Assembly: GCA_963665255.1 (NCBI GenBank)
Contig: OY762210.1
Span: forward strand, 715,760 to 779,759
From: Dehalococcoidia bacterium
GTDB lineage: Bacteria > Chloroflexota > Dehalococcoidia > Lucifugimonadales > UBA1123
DNA length: 64,000 bases
Direction: 5' to 3'
In this document: positions 8,394 through 17,822 of the stretch, piece by piece
Numbering within the stretch: position 1 is the stretch's first letter
Layout: each line of letters opens with the position of its first letter
The notes under the pieces: generated by a model
The model's database searches: none
Told to the model about the DNA's origin: nothing
What the model saw: the letters and a program-made list of their open reading frames with translations, nothing else
Translations under genes and position numbers: made by a program

Positions 8394-11300
8394 TCATATC
8401 CTGGATAGCAGCAGCCTATGTCGCAGCCGGGAGAGCTCCTGCGATATCGACAGAGAGACCCGGTGTATAACGACCAGCCTCACCGCGTAGCCCGCCCAGG
8501 CAAGTCCAAGCAGAGACAGCAGGACCATCACCCAGAGGGAGAGTCTCCATCCGGACTCGCCAGCCTCCATCGGCAGCGCAGTCTCACTCTCAGACTTGCC
8601 TTCAGTCGCGGACTCGTCGTCCCTCAAAGACCCTGCCGGTCCTGGCGTGGGCTCCAACGGCGGCAGCGCCAGCTCAGGCTGATGGGACTCCACCGGCTCG
8701 ATGGCGAATCCTACGACCACCTTCGACACGCCGTCAGACTGCTGAGTGAGGTTGCGGTACCTACGCTCAGAAAGCGGCGACATCAGGGGTCCAGCAGAGG
8801 CCGGCTCAGGCGTGCCGGGGGGGACGGGCTCATTCACCTTCGCGGGGACCGGCGAGAGATCAGGCTTCGGTGGTTCTGTCACCGACACGTTGAACACGCT
8901 GGCGGCCCGCAAGCCGCTGGGATCGGTTGCGTCGACCTCGAGTGACACTGAACCCGCGCCCACGGGTGCTATCGACAGAGTGTTTCCATCGACCATTACT
9001 ACAGCCAAGTCTGCATTGGACTCTCCGGCAATCCCGTAGGTCAGCGTGTCGCCGTCCGGGTCGGTGAAGAACCTGTCCAGGTCCAGGGTCCACGGCGCCT
9101 GCCCGGTAGTCAGATCGACCGACGGAATCGCCACGGCAGCCACCGGAGCCTCGTTCACGTCGTCTACGCTCACCGAAACGTCGATCTGTGACGACAGCGC
9201 GGGTTCCCCATCGTCCGTGGCAGTTATCGTCAGAGTGTGGACGTTGCTCCGGTCAGATCTGCTCGGAGCCTCGAAGTCCAGGGCGCCCACAGAGGACAGG
9301 ATACCCTCACTGTCGATTTCGAATCCGTGTGCGTCAGGCCCTGTAAGAGACCATGTGATTACTCCCCTCTCGGGGTCGTCAACTTCGTACCGTGCGATTT
9401 CTCCGGTGTGGTTCTCGGGCGCCGACAGCTCGACGTCACCACTAATCGCTCCGAGTTCGTTGACCTGCGTGACAGTGACGTACGAGTTCAGGACGTCATC
9501 TCTTCTTGGCGACCCAACTACCTCCGCATGAACCTGGACCCAGTAGGTATCGCCTTCCAAGGTGGATAGGTTCTCGTAGTCAGGTGGGCTCCTGAAGCTC
9601 AGGACCCCGTCGCTGGAGATCGTGAACGGTCTTCTCTCGCCGTACACTGACCAGATCACTTCCTCCACGTCCGAGTCCTCGATGGTGTACCTGGCAACTG
9701 CGTCTGTGCCGTTCTCCGGGTAATCCAGACTCACAGGTCCCAGAATTCGCAGTGTCGGGCCGCTGCTGTACGTTGAGTGTGAGTCATCACTTCGACTGGC
9801 GCCGCCTGAGCCTGAGCCACCACTGCTGGTGGTGGGTGTGGTTGGAGGAGTCGGCTTCTGCGGCGGTTGGGGAGCCGGGTCGGGCAGAATCAGTCCAGCG
9901 TCGAACCTGCTGAATGCCCTGATGTTGTACACGGTAATCTTTCCGCCACTGGACGTCCGCGTCAGGCCATAGCACTCAGAGCTCCCGCGGGGGTCGGCGC
10001 ACTGTGGAATCTGGTCCCATGATGTGTCGGTCGGGCCATGGCCCTTCCACATTGTGAAGCTGTCACTGGCGAGGTCTGCCTGGACTGCGTCGTACTGCTG
10101 CTGGGTAAGGGATACACTCAGCGTCGCAGCAGAGTCGAGACTCTCCTCTATCGACTCGGCGCCCAGGTCGAACAGGTCGACCAGGATGCATAGACGCCGT
10201 TCGCCAACAGGGGACTGGCCGCCGCAGTCGTTGCTCAGGGCGTCGATGGCTACCTGGAAGAACTGGTCCTTGGCTCCGGCCGGGAAGGTTACCGACAGAC
10301 TGCCGTCGCTGGAGATGAGAGTGGTCTCGACCTCGGGGTCGACGATATGCACGGTCTCCGTGTTCGTGCGTGGCAGCACGGGTCTGTAGACTATCACCCT
10401 GAACTGTTCTCGGATGCCCGGAGTGTCTGAGACTGTGAGAGTGGTGGTCGCCACGCCGATTCCCTGAGGCGTGATAACCAGGTAGCCCTCGGAGACCTCG
10501 ACGGTCGCGATGCTGGTGCCCGATATAGTGACCTGGTATGGCGGATATCCGTCGTCGGAGTCGGAGAAGTGGTCCGACAGGAGTATCTCCCTGTCTCCGC
10601 CGTTGATCGGGACGAACTGCCTCGGGATGGACTGAAGCAGAGTCGTTCGGCTGCTGGTAGCCCCCGAACCATCGCTGGTGACGGTGATGGTCACGTCGAT
10701 GGCGTCGTCAGTCGCGGTGTCCGCGTTGCCGTCGGCGTCTTTGCCGTCGCTGGCTGACACGGTCACCGAGTAGCTGGACTTGCTGGCCCGGTCCAATGCG
10801 GACTTCGTCGTCAGTTGGCCGGTGGAGGTGGCGATACTGAATGACGAGGCGTCACTTCCGCTCAACGAGTATGTGAGCGCATCGCCCTCTGGGTCCGTGG
10901 CTTCTACCGGCGCGCCAATGTTTTCGCCTGTGCCCGTTCCATCGGCCGCACTTCGAGCGGTGCTGCTGCCAGCGAACTGAGGACGCTCGTTGACGTTGGT
11001 CACCGTGACCGTCACGACCAGTGTGACCGTGTTGGTCCCATCGGACGCCTCAACCGTTACGTGGTACACATTGTCTTTATCGGCATCGGTAGGGTCTTCG
11101 AAGTCAGGCCCGGCGTTGAAACTGAGATCGCCTCTAATGATCGAGAAGACGGCGCCGTCGGTCCCCGACAGGGACCAGACTATTTGGCCGTTTTCGGGGT
11201 CGGTCGCGGTGTAGGTTGCAACTGGGCCTGTGGCATTCTCGGCGTATGCCAGTGTGGTATCTCCGGTCAGGGTTGGCGGTTGGTTAGACGGCGGATTATT

Positions 11301-12770
11301 CTGTGGAGGCTGTTGAGGTGGTTGCTGTGACGTGGAAGCGTCGTCGTCTGCGACGTTCACTGTTGCCGATGCTGGCGAGCCGACGGTGTAGCCAGAGCCG
11401 CTCTGCACCGTGGCCGTCACCGACCCGTCGGCTTCGTCTACATTGTCGTCACTCGTCGTTATGGTGTAGGTCGTGGTAGCCCCACTGACGCTGACCGTGG
11501 CTGTGCCCACCGCTCCGAAGCTGCCGCTCTGAGACACCCCCACATTGACGGTGATCGGGCTGGCAGGGGCCGGATTCGCGCTGATGGTGAAGGTGGCCGT
11601 GCCGCCCTCGGTAATGCCGCTTCCTGCGGTGATGGTGACTTCCGGCACATCGTCATCCGACACCGCTACCGTCCCCGATGCTGGCGAGCCGACGGTGTAG
11701 CCAGAGCCGCTCTGCACCGTGGCCGTCACCGACCCGTCGGCTTCGTCTACATTGTCGTCACTCGTCGTTATGGTGTAGGTCGTGGTAGCCCCACTGACGC
11801 TGACCGTGGCTGTGCCCACCGCTCCGAAGCTGCCGCTCTGAGACACCCCCACATTGACGGTGATCGGGCTGGCAGGGGCCGGATTCGCGCTGATGGTGAA
11901 GGTGGCCGTGCCGCCCTCGGTAATGCCGCTTCCTGCGGTGATGGTGACTTCCGGCACATCGTCATCCGACACCGCTACCGTCCCCGATGCTGGCGAGCCG
12001 ACGGTGTAGCCAGAGCCGCTCTGCACCGTGGCCGTCACCGACCCGTCGGCTTCGTCTACATTGTCGTCACTCGTCGTTATGGTGTAGGTCGTGGTAGCCC
12101 CACTGACGCTGACCGTGGCTGTGCCCACCGCTCCGAAGCTGCCGCTCTGAGACACCCCCACATTGACGGTGATCGGGCTGGCAGGGGCCGGATTCGCGCT
12201 GATGGTGAAGGTGGCCGTGCCGCCCTCGGTAATGCCGCTTCCTGCGGTGATGGTGACTTCCGGCGTAGGCGGAGAATCCTTAATCGTAATAGTAGCAGAT
12301 AGTGTTTTGACCTGATTTTGGCCGTCGTAGAATCTCACGCACAGGTTCTTTGGTTGCTGCAGCGTGACAGTCGCTGTCTCGTCATCTTCCACATGATTGT
12401 CCGTCCGAGAATAAAAATGGAGGCCAACTGTAGACCCTTCTTTTAAGAAGGTCATAGATCCATAGGAGGCCGGCTGTCCATCAAGTGGTGGCCGAGTTTG
12501 GTAATCTACATAAGGTCTCGCAATCCCCTGCTCTTCGTAGAAATAGTCCCCGTCCACTTTGAATTCAATTTTACAATGATCCATCAGAGTCACTCCATTA
12601 GGCAGGTACAGGTATAGGAGGGCATTTTGTCCCTCGAATATAGTCGTACCAGCATCACCTAATCGTGCCTCAGGCCCTTGAGTAGAGGCCTCTGCGGTGA
12701 TTGAGGAAAAAGCAAAGACGACCGCAAGAATCAAGAGGACTGGATACAGTTTAGTAAGTGGGATGTACAA
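8394..12770 (-). CDS. giant secreted/anchored surface protein with Calx-beta-like and cadherin-like repeats
   Basis: 1458 aa. N-terminal signal-like LYPVLLILAVVFAFSSITAEA. Three 103-aa Calx-beta-like units (…TATFTISANPAP…DDNVDEADGSVTATV…VSDDD). Cadherin-like units ending VNERPQF / VNEAPVA. Pro-rich linkers. C-terminal TM WRLSLWVMVLLSLLGLAWAGYAV. Confidence 0.8.
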   Translation of the reverse strand: MYIPLTKLYPVLLILAVVFAFSSITAEASTQGPEARLGDAGTTIFEGQNALLYLYLPNGVTLMDHCKIEFKVDGDYFYEEQGIARPYVDYQTRPPLDGQPASYGSMTFLKEGSTVGLHFYSRTDNHVEDDETATVTLQQPKNLCVRFYDGQNQVKTLSATITIKDSPPTPEVTITAGSGITEGGTATFTISANPAPASPITVNVGVSQSGSFGAVGTATVSVSGATTTYTITTSDDNVDEADGSVTATVQSGSGYTVGSPASGTVAVSDDDVPEVTITAGSGITEGGTATFTISANPAPASPITVNVGVSQSGSFGAVGTATVSVSGATTTYTITTSDDNVDEADGSVTATVQSGSGYTVGSPASGTVAVSDDDVPEVTITAGSGITEGGTATFTISANPAPASPITVNVGVSQSGSFGAVGTATVSVSGATTTYTITTSDDNVDEADGSVTATVQSGSGYTVGSPASATVNVADDDASTSQQPPQQPPQNNPPSNQPPTLTGDTTLAYAENATGPVATYTATDPENGQIVWSLSGTDGAVFSIIRGDLSFNAGPDFEDPTDADKDNVYHVTVEASDGTNTVTLVVTVTVTNVNERPQFAGSSTARSAADGTGTGENIGAPVEATDPEGDALTYSLSGSDASSFSIATSTGQLTTKSALDRASKSSYSVTVSASDGKDADGNADTATDDAIDVTITVTSDGSGATSSRTTLLQSIPRQFVPINGGDREILLSDHFSDSDDGYPPYQVTISGTSIATVEVSEGYLVITPQGIGVATTTLTVSDTPGIREQFRVIVYRPVLPRTNTETVHIVDPEVETTLISSDGSLSVTFPAGAKDQFFQVAIDALSNDCGGQSPVGERRLCILVDLFDLGAESIEESLDSAATLSVSLTQQQYDAVQADLASDSFTMWKGHGPTDTSWDQIPQCADPRGSSECYGLTRTSSGGKITVYNIRAFSRFDAGLILPDPAPQPPQKPTPPTTPTTSSGGSGSGGASRSDDSHSTYSSGPTLRILGPVSLDYPENGTDAVARYTIEDSDVEEVIWSVYGERRPFTISSDGVLSFRSPPDYENLSTLEGDTYWVQVHAEVVGSPRRDDVLNSYVTVTQVNELGAISGDVELSAPENHTGEIARYEVDDPERGVITWSLTGPDAHGFEIDSEGILSSVGALDFEAPSRSDRSNVHTLTITATDDGEPALSSQIDVSVSVDDVNEAPVAAVAIPSVDLTTGQAPWTLDLDRFFTDPDGDTLTYGIAGESNADLAVVMVDGNTLSIAPVGAGSVSLEVDATDPSGLRAASVFNVSVTEPPKPDLSPVPAKVNEPVPPGTPEPASAGPLMSPLSERRYRNLTQQSDGVSKVVVGFAIEPVESHQPELALPPLEPTPGPAGSLRDDESATEGKSESETALPMEAGESGWRLSLWVMVLLSLLGLAWAGYAVRLVVIHRVSLSISQELSRLRHRLLLSRI
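11334..12260 (-). repeat. 3 x 309-bp in-frame tandem repeat inside the surface-protein gene
   Basis: The same strings recur at +309 nt (ctctgcaccg at 11401/11710/12019). Shadow ORFs 11459-11656 and 11768-11965 are identical. Nucleotide identity appears perfect from ~11368 to 12260. Confidence 0.9.
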
Positions 12771-13485
12771 CTTTGACTCTCTATATTGGCTCGGTGGACT
12801 CTAGCCTCGACTTTGTACAGTGGATGTGACGGTCCTGCTGCGCGAGGCCAGCACTGTGCCCACGAGCAGCGTCTGCGCTTTCAACCAATGTCCTAGCCTG
12901 AAAATCGGCGCGAACGGACTGAGAAGGGATGCAAAGCATCGGGCAGGGTGAACATGACTTGACCTTTCGTGATGGTTCGGTCTTGTCAGCTTACCCTGTT
13001 CCTACCTGAGTCTTGTACAAGGTCAAGCTAAATACCTAGGAAATAGTTAAACCACATAAGGCTGGTTCATTACAACATGTTTTTGGGTCATCTTGATGAT
13101 GTCAACTTCTGAAAGGTCAATTCATACTGGGGGCGAGAGTCGGAGGACCATCTAGTTTGACCGCTGCCGCGTTTATGACACCCTAGGCCTCGGGCAGCAT
13201 TCCCGGGCAACCATAAGTCCCGCACTGATAGACAGGCAGTGTGTAAAGCTCAAGAAAGAGCGCATACATGGACTGGCGGAGATTGCAGCAATTCACATAA
13301 CGGCCCGTTGGCCACTGAATGCTGGAGCGCTGGGGAAGGAGCGCAAAACTAGGATGGCTGAAAGGCAGACAGGCCTCCTCGCGTGTGATTTGAGACGCGT
13401 TGCGACCTGGCTGCTGGACGAGTTCGACATCTCTCAGAACGGTTCTGTTACATTTGGGGGGTAGGTTGAGGTCACGTAACAATGG

Positions 13486-14412
13486 ATGAGAATCATGAGT
13501 AGGCACAACGACCTTCGAGATGCTATTGCCCGGAATTGGCAACAGTCCCTAACCACCAGAATTGACCCTGTGTTGTCGATCAAGTGCGAATGCGGTGTAA
13601 CTGCAAACAGCTTGCTTGCTGGCGCGGCAGAAGTGGGTATTGAGTATCCTTGGCAAGGTAAGCGTCCAGACATCGTGCTCCTAGATGCCCAAGGCGCACC
13701 ACGTGGATTTGCAGAGGTTGTCGATTCACACCCACCCTCAGCCGAGATGTTAGAGCTCTATGAACGGACGGGCATTCCAGTTTTCATTATCCCCTGGTCT
13801 AGTCATAGAACCTTGCGCGGCTTTTGCAGTGTCCAATGCTGGAATAAGCGACCAGGGACACTTCACCACCGACTCGATCTCTCAGAAGAACCGGAAGAAC
13901 CCTTAGACGGGTCTCTATTGTGGTGTAAATCTTGCGAGTGTCGGCTAACTGAGCGCGAGGCTATCGTTGACTGCACAGGAGACTCTTGCCCGAACTGTAT
14001 CGGCAAAGGCATCATTCACCTCTGCTGCTGGGGCCGCCGCGACCCGTTCAACGGGGGCGGGTGGCTTGACCCCGATCCTACGCTCGCTGAGAAGCTGGCG
14101 TTCTGGAATACCGTCGACTTCTGGCGGTTCGTGTGGGATAAACGGTTGCGTGAACCAAAGGAACTTCGAGAGGAGATTCCAGATGAGCAGCTCACTCAAA
14201 GTGCTCTCATCTTTGTCTGTACTGCAATCGCATACAGCGAATGGGCAAGAGCCTATCATCTGTTATTTGATGTTGGGTACAAGCCGCTGACCGCATGGGG
14301 CAGGAGCAATTGTCTGACAGTCGCTCAATGCTGGGCACAATTGGAGGAGCACGCAGAGAGTTTGTTACCCCAAAGTTGGGAGATCGAGCGAAGGGGGCCT
14401 GATTGGGATTGA
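13486..14412 (+). CDS. hypothetical protein, CoiA-like PD-(D/E)xK nuclease fold candidate plus Cys-rich region
   Basis: 308 aa in a lower-GC patch. KRPDIVLLDAQGAPRGFAEVVDSHPPSAEMLELYERTGIPVFII resembles the CoiA-type D...E-x-x-x-S nuclease core. Followed by CKSCEC...CTGDSCPNC zinc-ribbon-like cysteines. Confidence 0.45.
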   Translation: MRIMSRHNDLRDAIARNWQQSLTTRIDPVLSIKCECGVTANSLLAGAAEVGIEYPWQGKRPDIVLLDAQGAPRGFAEVVDSHPPSAEMLELYERTGIPVFIIPWSSHRTLRGFCSVQCWNKRPGTLHHRLDLSEEPEEPLDGSLLWCKSCECRLTEREAIVDCTGDSCPNCIGKGIIHLCCWGRRDPFNGGGWLDPDPTLAEKLAFWNTVDFWRFVWDKRLREPKELREEIPDEQLTQSALIFVCTAIAYSEWARAYHLLFDVGYKPLTAWGRSNCLTVAQCWAQLEEHAESLLPQSWEIERRGPDWD

Positions 14413-14431
14413 GGACGTGGCTGAACTCTGA

Positions 14432-14614
14432 ATCACCCCGCAAACGCAACAGAACTCTCAGAACGAGCTGGTGCGCCTGTGCGATCTATCGTCGGCGTAC
14501 ATGTCGCAGCTGATGAGTGGCGCTCGCAGCCCGTTGGCGCAGGTGAGCAGGGACATTCAGGAGGCGCTGGGCGTGATCGACTTCGATGAGCCGCCTAGCG
14601 TGAGCCGAAAGTAA
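14432..14614 (+). pseudogene. 5'-truncated XRE-family HTH gene fragment
   Basis: Open frame without a start: ...QNELVRLCDLSSAYMSQLMSGARSPLAQVSRDIQEALGVIDFDE. About 45% identical by eye to the intact XRE gene at 46224-46463 (QNELARLSGISSGYLSQLMTGTRRP...ALGVSRFED). Helix 1 is missing. Confidence 0.55.
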
Positions 14615-14657
14615 AGGGGCCAGAAACGCAAAAAAGGCCGCATATACGTGGCCCTGC

Positions 14658-14690
14658 GGGGGAGGGACGCCATCATCACGTCCCTCCCCC
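14658..14690. terminator. 12-bp-stem GC hairpin between convergent genes
   Basis: GGGGGAGGGACG-ccatcatca-CGTCCCTCCCCC, located between the HTH fragment (+) and the 14702-15199 gene (-). Confidence 0.4.
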
Positions 14691-14701
14691 GTGGGCTGCC
14701 A

Positions 14702-15199
14702 TCAGGGTATGGGTCCCCTAGAATAGCCGCAGCGTCTGCTGCTCCGCCTCTGCCGCCTCCGTCCCGGCACTCGTGTCCCGCGCCTCCTCTCGCCCGCGCC
14801 GGTCCCGGCGACTGGCCGGTGGAGTGGGCCGAGAATAACCGGGGTGCTTCGGAGTCTCCTCCCACCTGGCTCTCGCCCTTCGACCACCGCCAGTATATCC
14901 TGCGCCAGCCCCGATATTTCCCGGTCGTCGAAGGTCTCGATGTGCGGATCGCAGGAGGGACGCTGCACCCCGATGGTTGCCATGCCTCCCCTGATGGATA
15001 CGACGACCTTCAGGTCCTCCGGTGCGTCGGTTTGCGACTCGGCGTCGTCAGAACCCTGGTTGTGCTGTTCGGCCCTGTCCTTGGACTCCTCCTCTTCCGC
15101 AGCCGGGGAAGCCGTGTCGTCCGGCGCATCTCCGAAGGGGCTCCCATCGGCGCCCGGGGCGTCGGAGCGGGTAGATTCAGTTCCGTTCTCGTCAGGCAT
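14702..15199 (-). CDS. acidic hypothetical protein (ICE)
   Basis: Start set at MPDENGTE (RBS GGAGAT). Acidic N-terminal half, then VVVSIRGGMATIGVQRPSCDPHIETFDD. The C-terminal 55 aa are Arg-rich, and another frame reads more protein-like, so a frameshift is possible. Confidence 0.45.
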   Translation of the reverse strand: MPDENGTESTRSDAPGADGSPFGDAPDDTASPAAEEEESKDRAEQHNQGSDDAESQTDAPEDLKVVVSIRGGMATIGVQRPSCDPHIETFDDREISGLAQDILAVVEGREPGGRRLRSTPVILGPLHRPVAGTGAGERRRGTRVPGRRRQRRSSRRCGYSRGPIP

Positions 15200-15242
15200 G
15201 GTATCTCCTTCCACTGTCTGTTCTTCGACTGAATTCACGTCA

Positions 15243-15635
15243 CTAGGCCGCCATCCTCGACGACCCTCTCCTGATCTCGCCGAGGGTCGTCGGCTTCCAG
15301 TAGAGGTCGCGCTCCACGGCGGGAACGCCGCCGAACACGGTGGCCTCGGCCATCTCCGAAAGATCGAAGTACCCCAGTTCCGTCTCGAACCCCTCGACGA
15401 GGCCGAAGCAGGTTCCGGTCTCCGCATCCCATTCCGTGATGTACCAGGTCCAGTTGGCATAGGGGCTGAACAGCTTCACCCTTGCAACGACAGCGTCGGG
15501 GTCGTCCGCTCCGTCATTGGCGTACAGGGGCGGGATGGTGTCGGCAAGCTCCTTCGTCATCAGCTTGTGCCTGCGGAGCCCGCTGTGATTGTCCTGCCAG
15601 ATCGTGGTCGTGGTGGTGCCGTTGTTGTCAGACAT
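15243..15635 (-). CDS. DUF2958-family protein
   Basis: 130 aa. VKLFSPYANWTWYITEWDAETGTCFGLVEGFETELGYFDLSEMAE...VERDLYWKP matches the DUF2958 signature common on conjugative elements (recalled from memory). Confidence 0.7.
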   Translation of the reverse strand: MSDNNGTTTTTIWQDNHSGLRRHKLMTKELADTIPPLYANDGADDPDAVVARVKLFSPYANWTWYITEWDAETGTCFGLVEGFETELGYFDLSEMAEATVFGGVPAVERDLYWKPTTLGEIRRGSSRMAA

Positions 15636-15682
15636 GGTTTCTCCTCTCTTATTCGTTCTTTGGGTTCGTCCATGTGCGCCGA

Positions 15683-16483
15683 TCACTCGGCGTAGGTCCC
15701 CACCGTCCGCTCCACCGCCTCCGGCGTGACGTAGGTGGGTGTGACCGTGCCCAGGTCCATGTCCAGGTAGAGGGCCATGAAGGGGCAGGTGCCCGCCACC
15801 ATGCGGCGCACCACCTGGAGCACCAGGGAGGCCATCATCTGGTTGATGGTGGGGTCCTGGTCGGTGAGGTCGAGGGCGGCCGCGCAGTCCACGTCCGGCG
15901 GCCTGGTCGAGACCGCCGTCAGCAGGTCGGGCCGCTGGAGCGTGGGCGCCGGGGCGAGGTAGCAGGTCTCGCCCGAGAAGGCTGGCTCGTCCCAGCTCAC
16001 GTTGCCGGAGACGTTGCCCACCAGCACCTGTCCCCAGTTGGTGTCGTTGCCCGCGTCGATGAGCCACCGTCGCGGGTCGCCCGGCAGGCACTCCGCCATC
16101 GCCTTTCGTGCGAGGGCGTTGTCGGCGCAGCCGATGATGAGGCTTTCTCTGTAGGCGGGCAGGCCAGGGTAGCCGTGCTCGTGGGGCTGGTCGTTGTACT
16201 CCTTGAATGGGTAGACCGAGTAGCCGACGGGCCGCCCGTAGGCTTTGGCCAGCCGGTCTGCGAGGACCTGGCTCTTGAAGCCGCCCACGTCGCCAGGGTA
16301 GAAGTTCTGGCGGAGCAGGTTGTGGGGCTCCACCCGGTCGTGGTCGACCAGGACGATGTTGGCCTGCCGTCCCTGGAAGAGTCGGCAGAGGCCCTCGGCA
16401 ACGAAGCCGCCCGTCCCGCCGCAGCCGACCACCGTGATCCATGGGTCGTCCAGCAGGAACGCGTTGTCCAGGTAGTAGGGCAT
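15683..16483 (-). CDS. PRTRC-system ThiF-family E1-like adenylyltransferase
   Basis: 266 aa. Rossmann motif VVGCGGTGG, then VDHDRVEPHNLLRQNF and IIGCADN. Sits immediately after the JAB and E2-like genes. Confidence 0.85.
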   Translation of the reverse strand: MPYYLDNAFLLDDPWITVVGCGGTGGFVAEGLCRLFQGRQANIVLVDHDRVEPHNLLRQNFYPGDVGGFKSQVLADRLAKAYGRPVGYSVYPFKEYNDQPHEHGYPGLPAYRESLIIGCADNALARKAMAECLPGDPRRWLIDAGNDTNWGQVLVGNVSGNVSWDEPAFSGETCYLAPAPTLQRPDLLTAVSTRPPDVDCAAALDLTDQDPTINQMMASLVLQVVRRMVAGTCPFMALYLDMDLGTVTPTYVTPEAVERTVGTYAE

Positions 16484-16486
16484 CTC

Positions 16487-17125
16487 TCAGTCACCTCCTT
16501 GTATTGGATTGGCTGCCTCCGGCTCCTCGCCCACCAGCCGGAGGCCGGGGTCCGGGCCGTCGAAGACCTGCGACCACTCCACCGGGGCGAAGTGGCCGTA
16601 GACGCCGACCCGGAGGCTCAGCTCGGGCCGGTCGGTGTCGAGGCGTCCGGCGACGCCGTAGATGCGGAACCCCTGCTCGTCGCCGTCGTCGGTCTTCGAG
16701 AAGAAGGCGCGGGAGCTTCCGTGGGAGTGGAACTCGGCCACCACCTCTGCGGGAGGCCGGTATTCGAGGCGCGTGGCCGTCCCTTCCTGTTCGGGGACCA
16801 CCATCCGGTAGGAGCGCCCGTCCCACCTGACGGCGAAGAACCGCTCGGTGTGCGGGGCGTCCTCGAACCAGAGCAGCCCGATCTCGAAGAGCCGGGCCGG
16901 GATGGGGCCGTGGGCAAGCTCCACCTTCCCGGTCACGGGAGCCAGCCCCCGCACCTCGCAGGGGGCCACGAGGATCCTGGCCGTCAGGTGGGCGCTCTCG
17001 GACTGGACGTAGAGGCCGCCCGCTCCGAGCACGTAGTCGAAGCCGATGCCCTGCGCTCCGGTCAGCCCGTCCTTGTTATTGACGAGGTAGCCCACCGGAC
17101 CCCGTGTGTCGCTATCGATAGCCAT
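16487..17125 (-). CDS. JAB/MPN metallopeptidase (PRTRC protein A-like)
   Basis: Start set at MAIDSD. Complete JAMM motif EFHSHGSSRAFFSKTDDGDE (H-x-H-x7-S-x2-D). Confidence 0.8.
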   Translation of the reverse strand: MAIDSDTRGPVGYLVNNKDGLTGAQGIGFDYVLGAGGLYVQSESAHLTARILVAPCEVRGLAPVTGKVELAHGPIPARLFEIGLLWFEDAPHTERFFAVRWDGRSYRMVVPEQEGTATRLEYRPPAEVVAEFHSHGSSRAFFSKTDDGDEQGFRIYGVAGRLDTDRPELSLRVGVYGHFAPVEWSQVFDGPDPGLRLVGEEPEAANPIQGGD

Positions 17126-17822
17126 AGCCCCGTCTCCCCTGGGAGGCCGCGATGGCCTGGGCCACCGTGCACTGGGGAACAAGGTCCTCAACCGGGTACT
17201 CAGTCTTTCCATCCAGCTCCTCCCATAGCGCGTACAGGTTGTCGGGGTGCTTCTTCGAACGCTCCCGCGTGTCCCCGGTGCAGGAGAAGTAGGACTGGAA
17301 GAAGGACTCCGGTATCAGCCCCACCTCCTCGGGGAACCGGTGGCTTCCGGGGCAGACCCGCCCGTCCCGGAAGACGTTGAAGGCGGGCATCCGGTAGAGC
17401 CGGTCATCGGGGTCGGTCGGCCTGTCCAGGGCCGCATAGACCCAGGGGGCGCGGCCCGGCGAGCAGACGAATACCAGCCCCGGCATGGGGAGCCGGAGCC
17501 GGGCGGGGGCCTTGAACGCCTCCCGTTGCGGGGCCACCGGCCAGACCTGCGGCGCCCTCCAGAGGGCCACCATCTGCCCGGTCTCGCCCTGGTTCCACCA
17601 GAGAGCGTCCTGGGGCAGCAGCCCCGAGGAGAACCCCAGGTGCTGGGTGAACACGTTGGCGATCTCGTCCGCCGAGACGGTCCTCACCCAGGTTGAGTCG
17701 CCCTCGAAGCCCCGCAGCAGGAGCGTCTCGTCGTAGACCTCCAGTTGGAGGTTCAGCTTGTCCCTGGGCATCTCATCCGGTCCGGGCAGGGACCACTCGG
17801 TCTTCTCCGCGTCAGTTGTCAT
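17112..17822 (-). CDS. PRTRC protein B-like, prokaryotic E2 (UBC-fold)-like candidate
   Basis: 236 aa. MPAFNVFRDGRVCPGSH resembles the E2 HPN...G.iC active-site region. Position between the Ubl and JAB/E1 genes matches PRTRC cassettes. Confidence 0.6.
   Translation of the reverse strand: MTTDAEKTEWSLPGPDEMPRDKLNLQLEVYDETLLLRGFEGDSTWVRTVSADEIANVFTQHLGFSSGLLPQDALWWNQGETGQMVALWRAPQVWPVAPQREAFKAPARLRLPMPGLVFVCSPGRAPWVYAALDRPTDPDDRLYRMPAFNVFRDGRVCPGSHRFPEEVGLIPESFFQSYFSCTGDTRERSKKHPDNLYALWEELDGKTEYPVEDLVPQCTVAQAIAASQGRRGYGYR

Noticed and set aside
11334-12260. Possible CRISPR array or non-coding satellite.
   Set aside because: The repeats are contiguous (no spacers), 309 bp long, in frame, and encode a recognisable Calx-beta-like domain within a long ORF.
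13183-13673. Minus-strand ORFs of 119 and 79 aa.
   Set aside because: They overlap each other and the start of the better-supported plus-strand gene 13486-14412. No RBS or motifs.
14400-14700. Direct repeat of the tRNA-Asn 3' half (e.g. GGACTCGAACCTACGACC) marking the other att site.
   Set aside because: I searched by eye here, in 12.77-13.5 kb and around 44.4 kb, and found no copy. Serine recombinases need only a 2-bp crossover, so absence is uninformative. An exhaustive string search was not possible.
15482-17380. 632-aa plus-strand ORF. Similar long ORFs occur at 19329-20363, 20389-21213, 33044-34057, 34071-35027, 35249-36304, 40352-41632, 7082-8062 and 36481-36840.
   Set aside because: All are antisense or out of frame to genes with clear catalytic motifs. 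They have extreme Arg/Pro/Gly/His composition, no motifs and no RBS. These are typical shadow ORFs of high-GC DNA.
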